Part shown: one piece after another, positions 1-11,114 of the stretch
How the letters are laid out: every line of letters begins with the position of its first letter
Position numbering within the stretch: position 1 is the first letter of the stretch
Assembly: GCA_025786725.1 (NCBI GenBank)
Contig: JAHLTZ010000022.1
Span: forward strand, 124,001-188,000
Length of the DNA stretch: 64,000 nt
DNA from: Syncephalis fuscata S228
Taxonomy: Eukaryota; Fungi; Zoopagomycota
Direction of reading: 5' to 3'
Made by a program: the position numbers and the translations under genes
Notes under the pieces: generated by a model
Told to the model about the DNA's origin: nothing
Seen by the model: only the letters and a program-made list of their open reading frames with translations
Databases searched by the model: none

Positions 1-337
1 AATGCTAATCCCAAAAAATCCTCAATGTTTGGAACAAGATAATTTGCATGCTAAACTATCTAAATGTAGCAATAGTGAAAATCAATATTTTGCAATCAAA
101 AAACAATAATGATTATTTTATATATGAAAAATAATCGTGTGTGTATTCATTTTGAGCACATATTATTCGCGTATTACGGATATAGAAGTGGCGTATACTT
201 TTTAGGCCTTTAATCAATTAAATTGAAATTTTAATTTATAAAATATAGTATCGAATGCCTACTCTTGCAAGCACTAGACAAATTTTAGAATCATTGGTTT
301 AATCAGCAACTACATAAATATAAACACACCTAAGAAG

Positions 338-642
338 GGGGAGGCGTGGTGGCCTAAACGGTCAACGCGTCTTCCCTAAAGTAGGAAAATGTTGGTTCGC
401 CTAGTTCGAATCTTGTTTTCAGGAAATGCGTGATGGGATCCTTCCGTAGAAGAAATGGTCGATATTCCAACATGTGAGGAGAGCCACCAACGGTTTTCAG
501 TTGTAGATGGCAGGTTCCGCGTTGCGCGCGGATAGGTTTGAAAATGAACCGTCTATTCTCCTAGGGGTGGCAGACAAATGCTGCAAATGCGCGGTTAGGT
601 CCTACGGACCGTTGTCTCACTTAAGCTAATAAATCCAAATCC
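338..642 (+). mobile_element. tRNA-derived SINE, family A (~305 bp)
   Basis: Begins GGGG(G)AGGCGTGG with a Pol III A-box-like TGGCCTAAACGG and a B-box-like AGTTCGAATC, and ends in an (AAATCC)n tail. Flanked by a 22-bp target-site duplication AAATATAAACACAC(C/T)TAAGAAG (316-337, 643-664). The paralogous cassette carries the empty site at ~24137-24171 (minus strand). Confidence 0.85.
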
Positions 643-1573
643 AAATATAAACACACTTAAGAAGCTCAAGACGCGTTTACAAATATTTGTTCGTACAAGC
701 AATTAGCATTATAAAATATTGTGGCAATAAAGTATGATTCAGCTATCAAAGCTTATCAAGTTAATTTTATAAACGTAACTGCACTATTATATAGACACTT
801 TTGCAGTTTTATTCAATGCTATGTACAATGCTTTCTGTTTTCTGTGCATTATCTCGGTTTAATGTTGCTACTGTTTTGGCCGCATTAGCAACAGCCAACT
901 TCTTGATAAATGCAGCCTAGCTTAGCATAGTTATAATGATAGCAAATCATTAAACCAGTAAGCCTTTAAACTGCCAACTATTTTTCCATTGGTTTCTGCT
1001 TTGGCTTGTTTTCTATATTCTATCTTGCTTAACTTGTCAGAATTGGTTTCAGAAATGTAAACAGCGCTTAGGCCTTAGATGATTATCGGCTGATGTACAA
1101 TCCACAGCCACTATGCACTTGAAATTGCTGATATTTGGCTAGAGTTTTCTGTTGTATCTATTTTAGTGTCTTCATATTGTATTGCGCGTAATTTATCCGA
1201 TGCAATCTAGTTTACAGCTGAAGATTGATGACGAAAATGACATGTTGGAATGTTCCATTGCTCAAAATGTTGTGATACATTATGCTACAAACAGTACTTA
1301 TTGTATAGTCGATTTCAGGTGATTTGGATTAGCCGCCATTTGAATGATGGTAGTTGCACAACATGTAGCATCATATGTCTGAATGTGATGTATTTGTGAA
1401 TTCAAAGCAATTACTACCCCATAGCAATAGGCATAGTGTCGAATGAAATGCATACATGTACCAATCAATACACTTTATAATTTAAAGAATTATAAGTGGC
1501 TTATGTATGGCAGTAAAAACCTGTATAAAATACCATTTTGATACAATAAACTTGTTTTTTGCGTCAATATTGT

Positions 1574-2290
1574 GTGCTATTTTGTATGCATGCGGATATT
1601 GAGAACCGACTCGGTAGAAATGGCAGCAAATACGTCATTGTCGTTTTACAAAGCCAAACAATATACTTGTTTTTATCAAATAGTTAAATCGTGTAACAAA
1701 AAATACAGGCTAGTATGTCTATTTTTATCGCATATGTACTGGGTTATGAACATTGTTACATCGTTCGTGCGAATAACTGACAGATTGAAGTAAAGACCGG
1801 GCAGGTTATGTGCTATTTTGTATGCATGCAGATATTGAGGACTGAATCGGTAGAAATGGCAGCAAAGACATCATTATCGTTTTACAAAGCCAAATAATAT
1901 ACTTGTTTTTTTACCAAATAGTTAGACCATGTAACAAAAAACAGGCTAATATGTCTATTTTTATCGCATATGTACTGGATTATGGACATTGTTACATCAT
2001 TCGTGCAAATAACTAACAAATTGAAGTAAAGACCGGGCAGGTTATGCGCTATTTTGTATGTATGCGGATACTGCGGAACGAGTCATTCAGTGGAAGCAAC
2101 AGAAAAGACATTATTATCGTTTTTACAAAGCCAAACAATATACTTGTTTTTAGCAAATAGTTGAACCGTGTAACAAAAAAATACAGAATGATGTACATGT
2201 CTTTATCGCATATGCAGTGGTCATTGAAATTGCCGTGTCATTTGTGTAAATGCCGAGCAAATTGAAGTAAAGGCTGGACAGGTTTGAAAT
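1574..2290 (+). repeat. ~236-bp tandem repeat x3 upstream of microexon gene copy 1
   Basis: Units start TG(T/C)GCTATTTTGTATG at ~1574, ~1809 and ~2045, and share TTTACAAAGCCAAA, ATCGCATATG and ATTGAAGTAAAG motifs. Confidence 0.85.
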
Positions 2291-2651
2291 TAAGACCAGG
2301 CAGGTTAAAATCAAGGCTGGAAAGCATTCTATCATACTATGAACCTATTGGTACACACGTACCTCAAACCACTATTTGGATTGCTTTATTGGTTCATACT
2401 ACACATCAATGGTATATCTCGTATACTACAGTATACTAGCATTTCAGCATAGCCGTAAGTTTAAATAGCCCACAAAATATACACATCCAACTGCAATATC
2501 ATCATCCTACTCTACTTCTTATTAAACACACTACTCTTCACTTTATACCAACAACACTCTACTTTTTGCTATACACACACTACCTTCCACTCTACACCAA
2601 CCACACTTTACTATCTCTTTTATTTGTTTGTCTTAACAAATCAATATCACC

Positions 2652-5600
2652 ATGAAGTTTTCCATTGCCGTCGTTTGCACCATTGTCGTTGCGCTTGTGG
2701 CCGTTACAACCATGGTGGATGCTAATCCAGTCTTAGTTCGTCGTGGTATGTTACAATAACAATAAACATAATAGCATTTGTTTATTAACAATATTTTTAA
2801 TTAATAATTATAATAGATCGTAAGTTATTGTATGTTAATTAATTACCCACTAATTATATATCATGTAACGTGTGCATCAACAAATAAATATCAATAGCTG
2901 GTAGGTTGCATTACATATCACACCAATAAAACATATACTAATTATGTATCATGTATTGTATCCATCAACAAATCAATATTAGGCAACTGTAAGTTGTATT
3001 GTATATTATTGGTTACTCACTAATTACATGCTATGCACCATGTGTATCAACAACTCAATACTAATAGGCGGTAAGCGATATTGTATATTAGTTGATTATA
3101 AATTAATTATATACCATGTATTGTGTATATCACGACTTAATGCCATAGAGGGTAAGGTGTATTGCGTATTAATTAATTATGCGCTAATTATATATCATGC
3201 GCCGTGTATATCAACAAATCAATACTAATAGCATGTAAGTGATATTATATATTGACTGAGTATTGACTAATTGTATATTATGTGCTGTGTGTATCAATAA
3301 CTTGATATTAATAGGCGGTAAGTAGCATTGTATGTGCTGGCTTATAAATTAATTGTGTCATGCATTGTGCATCAATAACTGCTGGAATAGTTAGTAAGTA
3401 ACACTGCATATTCACTGACTATTCACTAATTATATATTATGTACTGTGCGTGTATCAACAATTTAATATTAATAGAAAGTAAGTAGCATCGCATATTAAC
3501 TAATTACACACTAATTATATCAATACTATGTGCATCAACAAATACTAATAGGATGTAAGTTATATTTTGTATTAATTGACTATTGGCTAATTACATATCG
3601 TTTATTGCGTGTATCCATAACTTAATATTAATAGGCTGTAAGTAGTAGCATATATTAACTGACTATATATTAATTGCTGTTTATCGATTGTACAATTGTT
3701 TAATATTAATAGTTGGTAAGTGGTATTGTATATTAACTGAATATAAATTAACTATACTATTCATTAATTGTACCGATTATTTAATATTAATAGACAGTAA
3801 GTGATATTGTATATTAACTAACTATACATTAACTATGCTATCTATTGATTGTACCAATTGTTTAATACTAATAGCGCGTAAGTGGCATTGCATATTAATT
3901 AAAAATACATTAACTATGATATTTACTGCTTGTATTGATTATTTGATATTAATAGATCGTAAGTAGTATTGCATATTAACTGACTACCCTCTAATTACAT
4001 GCTATTTATTGATAATATCAATAATTTAATATTAATAGCCTGTAAGTGATATTGTATATTAACTAACTATATATTAACTGCTATTTACTGATTGTATCAA
4101 TAATTTAATATTAATAGTCTGTAAGTGATACTGTATATTAACTGACTATACATTAACTATGCTACTTACTGATTGTATTAATTATTTAATATTAATAGGG
4201 AGTAAGTAATATTGTATATTAACTGACTATACATTAACCATGCTATTTATTGATTGTACCAATTATTTAATATTAATAGAGAGTAAGTAGTATTGTATAT
4301 TAACTGGATATACATTAACTATGCTACTTATTGATTGTACCAATTATTTAATATTAATAGCTTGTAAGTGATATTATATATTAATTAACCATGCTATTTA
4401 CTGATTGTACCAATTGCTTAATATTAATAGGGGGTAAGTGGTAGTGTATATTAACTGACTATACATTAACCATGCTATTTATTGATTGTATCAATTATTT
4501 AACATTAATAGGGTGTAAGTGATATTGTATATTAATTAACTATACATTAACTATAATCTTTGTTAATTGTACCAATTATTTAATATTAATAGCTTGTAAG
4601 TGATATTATATATTAATTAGCTATGCTATTCACTGATTGTACCAATTATTTAATATTAATAGACTGTAAGTGATATTGTATTTTATTTTATTTTGAAGAG
4701 CTTGTGAACCCCCGCTGCGCATAATTAAAGAATTTGCGCTGCTTCCCACTATATTTGGACTTTTCCAAACTTTTAACGGGTGGACTGCCACGTTTTTGCG
4801 CAAATCTGGTCCATATAGATTTCACACGGGGTCATCTTCTTTTAAATGGCGCTACACAGCACTATTCCCTTGAATTTGATCCCAATTGTTTTTTTCCTCG
4901 ACTACTCTAGCCAAGGTCTTGTTTTTGGACCTACTTATTGGGTTCTGGTTTGCAATTTGTTAACTAGAGAAAACTGGGGGGGGGATTTTCCACTTAAGAA
5001 TTGCTTCAAACTGAGGTTTGAATCCGAAGCCTTCAGCTCGGGAGACGCTGCCTTACCAACTGGGCTAGCAACATCCCCCGTGATATTGCATATTAACTGA
5101 CTATACATTAATTATACTATTTACTGATTGTATCAATTATTTAATATTAATAGGTCGTAAGTTGTATTGTGTATTAATTAACTATACACTAATCATGCTA
5201 TTTACTGATGATACCGTTTATTTAATATCAATAGGATGTAAGTAGTATTGTATATTAACTAACTATACATTAATTACACTATTTACTGATTGTACTGATT
5301 ATTTAATATTAATAGCTGGTAAGTAATATTGTATATTAATTGACTACACTAATCATGCTATTTACTGATGATACCGGTTATTTGATATTAATAGATTGTA
5401 AGTAGTATTGCATATTAACTGACTACCCTCTAATTACATGCTATTTATTGATAATATCAATAATTTAATATTAATAGTCTGTAAGTGATATTGTATATTA
5501 ATTGGCTATGTACTAATCACATGCTATTTACTGTATGCATTAATAATTTAATATAATAGGCAGTAAGTTGTATTGTGCATTAACTGAATATGCACTAACT

Positions 5601-5968
5601 CTATACCATGCGTTGTGTGTATCAATAACTTAATATAACAGAAGGTAAGTAATATTATAGGTTAGCGGACTATACACTAATTATATACCATGTACTGTAT
5701 CCATCAACAAATCAATATAACAGATTGTAAGTGATATTGTATATTAGTTGACTATGAGCTAATCACATGCTATTACTGTGTGTACCAATAACTTACTACT
5801 AATAGGGTGTAAGTTGTATTGCGTATTAACTGAATATGCACTAATTACATGTTATGCGCCATGTATATCAACAACTTAATACTAATAGGCCGTAAGTAGT
5901 ATTGTACATTAATGGCTTATATATTAATTATATGACACATAATATTTTTATTTGTAAATACAGCATAA
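2652..5968 (+). CDS. Microexon-encoded secreted six-cysteine peptide precursor, copy 1 (67 aa, 36 exons / 35 introns)
   Basis: Exon 1 2652-2745 = MKFSIAVVCTIVVALVAVTTMVDANPVLVRR+G (signal peptide, dibasic RR). It is followed by 34 AG|exon|GT microexons starting at 2817, 2898, 2983(6 nt), 3068, 3149, 3232, 3315, 3391, 3476, 3552, 3635, 3713, 3794, 3875, 3956, 4039, 4118, 4199, 4280, 4361, 4431, 4512, 4593, 4663, 5154, 5235, 5316, 5395, 5478, 5560, 5642, 5724, 5806, 5889. The last exon, CA-TAA, is at 5964-5968. The 204-nt spliced CDS has no internal stop. Mature peptide: DPGNCEACVKRCFDTHPFWKTWGSYCRSDFCKDWCP. Confidence 0.88.
2746..5963 (+). repeat. Tandem array of homologous ~67-82-nt introns (GTAAGT...TATTGTATATTAACTGACTATACA(C/T)TAA...TTAATATTAATAG) separated by 3-nt exons
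   Basis: ~81-bp periodicity. Every unit has a GTAAG/GTAGG/GTATG donor, branch-point-like CTAAT/CTGAC/TTAAC motifs and a (T/C)AG acceptor. Confidence 0.92.
4682..5079 (-). mobile_element. tRNA-derived SINE, family B (~400 bp), inside intron 25 of microexon gene copy 1
   Basis: The minus strand starts GGGGGATGTTGCTAGCCCAGTTGGTAAGG (A box), has GGATTCAAACC (B box) and an A-rich (TAAAA)n tail. TSD GTGATATTG(T/C)AT at 4670-4681 and 5080-5091. Near-identical to 20471-20872 and 44917-45318. Confidence 0.85.
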
Positions 5969-6993
5969 TCGATGGTTTCAAGACATCAGCATTGGTAGTG
6001 CAATCAAACCACTATTCCAATACACTTTAGGTATATATTCGGTGAAAAGCAAGACCATTTGACAACTACGCCGTCCAGCCCACCTATATATCAAGTTTTA
6101 GCCAATGCTCCGGTTTATCCAGTCTCTAATCAATGGAATCATTATTTTATCAACGAGCTTACATCTAGTTGTTTCTATTCAACTGTGCAAGCTTATAGTA
6201 ATAAACTTATGGTTTCATTTTAACTATATACAATCAAATTGCTATATCTATAATCACGTTCTATTTACATCCAATAATTGACAACTATTAATCAAATAGT
6301 TAAATTAACAAAAGATATTTGTCATTCAAACAGCAATTTTAAATGTAAATATTGTAGTGATACATATGACAATAAAATCGAATGCATTTATTTCCAAAGA
6401 TATCATTGTAAATAAAATCACATCAAATGAGAATAATCTAATAATAAGATGAAGACCAATACTTTATTAAAAGATAGGTAATCGTGTGCGCACTCATATC
6501 GAGCACATATTATTCGCGTATTACGAATATAAAGTGGTGTATACCTTTAGACCTATATAGCTAGTAGCTAGGTATAACGTTATAATGCAGAGAGAAAGGA
6601 TGGGTCGGATTATAGAAAGAGATTGATTGATAGAGCGAGAGAAATAAACGACCGAGGAACAAAGGAATAAGAGACAATTGGAAAATAGTGAAAGATATAA
6701 TGATATAAGTCATATTGGGCCATTTAAAAGGAAAACAACATGCAATTACACTGTTTTTTTGTGTTGCAACTAATGTTTAAGTAAACAATGACCAATGACA
6801 TTTCAAAATTTGGTGCTCATAATAGTAAAAAGATGAAAAGACGTTTAAAATAATACTATCGACAATGATTCCCAATAGTAAAGTGTAATAAGGACTTGTA
6901 GACATGTCAATATTAATGTTGGTTATAATATGGCATTATCGTCATCATTATCATAGCAATATTGTTTAAACAAAGCTTAACAAAACGAATAAC

Positions 6994-8231
6994 TCACTGC
7001 CATATCTGCTGACTGATATTGCCACGAATATGGTTAAAAAAAGCGGTATCTCGTTGGATGCGATGCTGTTGACATATTTGATGCTCAGGCATAGGCGGTA
7101 ATCGACCCATGTCCATACTACGCATAGGTTCGGTAGTAGATATTTGAAGTTCTTGGAAGGAAGGTAGTACAGGAGAGAGCATATTAGACGAATCAGCATT
7201 ACCGTTAAGTGCCATTGCTGTTGGCATTAATGGTAATAGTGCCGGCATTTGCATCGCCGGTGATTGTGACACTTGTCTTGTCTGTAGACGAGAAAGTTGG
7301 TCTAGCTCATCGTGATCATGATCGATATCCGGATTGCCAAAATTAGGAGCTGCTATGGTCGTAGTAGGTTGAAGGTTGGCCGGAGCAAATAGAGGTGCGC
7401 CTACAATAGACTCCGGGAACATTGGAAGGTCTATAAACAAAAATATTAATTATAAATAAACGCAAATAACAAATTAAATAGAAATGTAGATGTCGCCATT
7501 AAAGTTGGTTACATCATACAAATATCAACGTTGATAAGATTATCAACATTCATACCAATACAATAATCTAAATAATCAAGCAACGTACCTTCCGTTGGTG
7601 AACCAAAAGCCTCGGGAGACCAAGAAAGATCAGGAAGAGAAGGTGACGTCTCTGGATTATTATAACCAGTATTATTGGCATCTATACTATTAGGATAACC
7701 AGCAGGAGCTAGTATGCTGTGATTGTTGTGATTAACAACACTCGCCATATTGGGCGTTGATGGCAGCACTAGTTGTTGTTGTTGTATGTGTGTCGGTGTT
7801 GGCATTAAGCCAATTGGAGATGCAAATCCGTTAGCTACACCAGCCATTGATGGTGACAAGCTAGCTGGAGAGTTTTGCTGCGATGGCAGCGATTCTGGCG
7901 TTTGCACTCCAATTGGCTGTTGGACTTGGCCTTGCGTTTGCGTTATAAAGTGCTGCGGAACGGGCATAGGCGAGAAATACGACGCTGCCTCATCACCATC
8001 AGACTCTGGAGTGGGTGGCATCATTAAGGCATCGCTGTTTAGGCCAGCCGATGGCATGACCATGGATCCCATTAATGGGTCCTGCTCAGCAAACATTGGC
8101 TCAGAGTCTGGCAACTCTGGGAACCATTGTAGGCCGGAATCAGGGGCTGGATAGTCGGCGTCCAGCGCCTCAGGGAATAGAACATCGTCAAGCTCCGGTT
8201 CAAAAAAGTCCAGATCGGTTAAAGCAGCCAT
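6994..8231 (-). CDS. Hypothetical acidic, Pro/Gln/Ser-rich protein (3' end uncertain)
   Basis: ATG at 8231. Exon 8231-7589 and intron 7588-7431 (GTACGT...TTTATAG) join in frame to the 6994-7430 ORF. A GTGAGT donor overlapping the apparent stop suggests a further exon. No recognisable domain. Confidence 0.6.
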
Positions 8232-11114
8232 TACAGGAGTTGTTTGATTACAAGATGTAATGAATGTATTAGGAAACAGTTTGTTTACTAAGTTGCCTAG
8301 TCACGCGCCGTATACGGTTGAGGCGCGTTCTATTGAAACGAACGGACTTGAACACTTAATAAATTAAATGATTGCAATGACTAAAAGATGATTTGCCGTT
8401 ATTCGGTATATTGATGTTTTCATTCACTATTTGTATAGAGATAAACTACTATGGACAAGTAGTGTGAGCGCAGCGCTGGAAATGGCCGATCACAACCAGC
8501 GGCGTTAAATAAACTATTGTTTACGGCGGCAGCTGTAAAATAAACAGAAAAGGTAAGTAAAGCAATATTGATGCAGATATCAGAGCCAGGATGTTAACAG
8601 CCTTAAATACAGTATTTAAACAGTAGTAAAAAAACAAAGTGGATGGTAAGCCACGGTAAAGTTTGTAAGTCACGGCAGTGGCAGCGGCACTAGTAGTAGC
8701 AGCAATGGCGGCCGTGGATAAAGCTTACGAGCTAACTTGCAACAATACGAATACAATGATTTTTGCACAAATAAAATGTGTAGAATGGCATAAACAAGCC
8801 AATACAGCGAATAAAAAAGAAATAAACAGGTCAAATAACGACGCCTATCTCGTTTGCTTAAATAAACGTTCGCCAATAAAAATACTACACAATCGAAGTA
8901 TATCAAATAAAAAAGAATACGCCTAGCTAAAGACTAGAGCGTATATAAATATTGCCACGAGTAGCAGAGATGGTTTCACAGAGAAATAAATAAGGGTGTA
9001 TGGAGAGATAGCTGTAAATAGGCTAGGAATTGCAATATCAATGCCCGGCTAGTTTACTCACCCGCAGTGTGCAGTAAGACTTGTACGCAAATGAACGGGC
9101 TGGACAACACAGATACCAAGATACTGAAGGGTGGAAGGTATCAGTAGTAGTAGTAGTAGTAATAGTAGTACTAGTAGTAGTGAGGGAGGACTGGCTTCAC
9201 GTACAGATGTTGCTTATGGACACAGCCAGACAAGCGAGTGTTGAGCACAAAAGACTAAAGAGTATGTAAGAATGCCGCGCGAAGGAGTGTCAGGACGCGA
9301 CACACGCGTAGAGGTGGTCGCTACACAGTCAGTTGCGGGCAAAAAAAGGACTTTTAATTACTACTGCCAGAAGTGAAAACAGAAGCAAAAGGAAAGAGTG
9401 AGGAGCAAACGAGGCATGGCAGCAAATGGGTGTGTTATTGTAGAATTTGTGGGTCAGGTGGCATGTGTGTGTGTGTGGCGCAAGGTCCAATGAAATTTTA
9501 TGCTAGTCATTCTGTATCAATATTATTTGTATTCCGTTGTGTGGTTGAACATACGGCCTATCTATGCTAAAGCTTACCTGTCTTACTTGCGCATCTACGA
9601 ATGCCAAGGCCCTGTAGTCGTAATGGACGGGGTGCCGTATAAACTTGGCAGGCAAGAGCTTACGCGAATGTTATGTATGTAGATATGTTTAATCCATACT
9701 TTGTATTTTGGGCACGTCAATGATTTGAAACTAAATATAGACAATGTGTTGAGCCGAAAATAGATGACTCATTCACCGATTAGTCATCCCTGGTTGGCTG
9801 GATAGGGAGACAGCTTAGATTGTTGCCATTGCTTTCAACGTTGTAGTGTTTATATACGTTATATTACCTTTGACTATAATTATTAAAAAGTGGATAGTAC
9901 ATTAATGGTTTGAATGTATATTCTACATTATTGGTTTATATAATAATTGGCTACAGAGTGTGGTAATGATAGTGGTAATGACGTTAATATTGGTGTATAT
10001 GATGTTTTGTTTCAGTATAGTTTATACCATAATGACAAGTTTGTTGCTGCTATTAGGATGATAATAATAACTGCTCTAGATATTTAATATTATTGTCTAT
10101 TAATGATTATGCATGCTGATAATCATAGTAATAATAATCATATGATGTAAGTCCAATAATCATAATTACTTTATGAATGACACTGTTTTTTGTTGCTGCT
10201 ATACTATCTGTAAACTTAATTCGGTTTACTTAATCATATTCAAATATAAATACTATATTTTTGTCATAATATCTATGCTCTTTATTTAGCTATTTACTTG
10301 AATTTATATTTATTTATACTTTAGCAGAATAATAAATGAATACTTCCACGTCCTAATTTACAGTTACACTTTTAGCACAGATGAAAAGCTTTATAAATAG
10401 CAGTTGTCTAATTGCAATTATCACCAGTTAACAGAAATGCCGATACATTAAGCCAAAAGTTGTAAATATTGCAAACGTCTTTACACATTTAGTTAATATA
10501 TATATTATCAATTCTAATAAATGATTATTGTAAAACTGACTAGAATGACACTATTCCACTGACGAAGGGTATAAAAAAGCTTTTAAAGTATACAATATAA
10601 ACGTTTATTGCTGTAAGTCTTAAGAACAATGCATATTTAAATGTGACTGGCTGAGTGTATACAGCCAGAGAATACTTAGTTAACAACTAGTTGCAAATTC
10701 CGATGCCGACTATAGTACCGGTTTAGTATAAGTAACACAATAATGAAAATGTTGATGCAATATCGCATTAAATACTATAAACAACACATCAGTGCTTTTC
10801 TGATGAGAGAGATTGTTCGGCAGTAAGCGTAATGAAAAAAGAAAGACAATTATAATCAGCTAGTTGTTGCACTAGCAATTGTACACATAGAACAGTAGCT
10901 GTGATGGCAAACTGCCAGGATAGTCGCTGAACAAGTTCGCAGCACATTAAAGCAGTATAACTTGCTACTGTCGAGATTTTAATAATAATAATAATAATAA
11001 TAATAGTTTATGCAATCTCATATTGTGATCCATAGCAATAAATATAAATATCATTGATTAATAGAATAATGGATATTAAGTATAAATTATAAAAAATTTA
11101 TTATGATTGCGCTA

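Larger units (their letters stand above)
130..6313 (+). repeat. Duplicated cassette, copy 1 (upstream region + microexon peptide gene + 3' region)
   Basis: Aligns by eye with ~19160-24350 (inverted) and ~42412-46472 (direct). Boundaries are approximate. Confidence 0.85.

Noticed and set aside
338-420. Functional tRNA genes at the SINE heads (also 5010-5079, 20471-20540, 45250-45318)
   Set aside because: A and B boxes are present but there is no acceptor stem or cloverleaf. Each head continues into a 300-400 bp body with a tail and TSD.
3028-3228. Repeated ORF MLCTMCINNSILIGGKRYC... (also 21873-22073, 43884-44084, 21231-21425, 44504-44722)
   Set aside because: These are chance read-throughs of the repeated introns. 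Their similarity reflects DNA duplication, not protein conservation.
4846-5100. 84-aa ORF repeated at 20554-20796 and 45084-45338
   Set aside because: It lies antisense within SINE-B, and the frame is not conserved among copies (indels change the N- and C-termini).
2817-5891. CRISPR array or plain satellite interpretation of the ~81-bp repeats
   Set aside because: The context is eukaryotic and no cas genes are present. The variable 'spacers' are only 3-6 nt, are bounded by AG/GT splice signals, and concatenate into an open frame.
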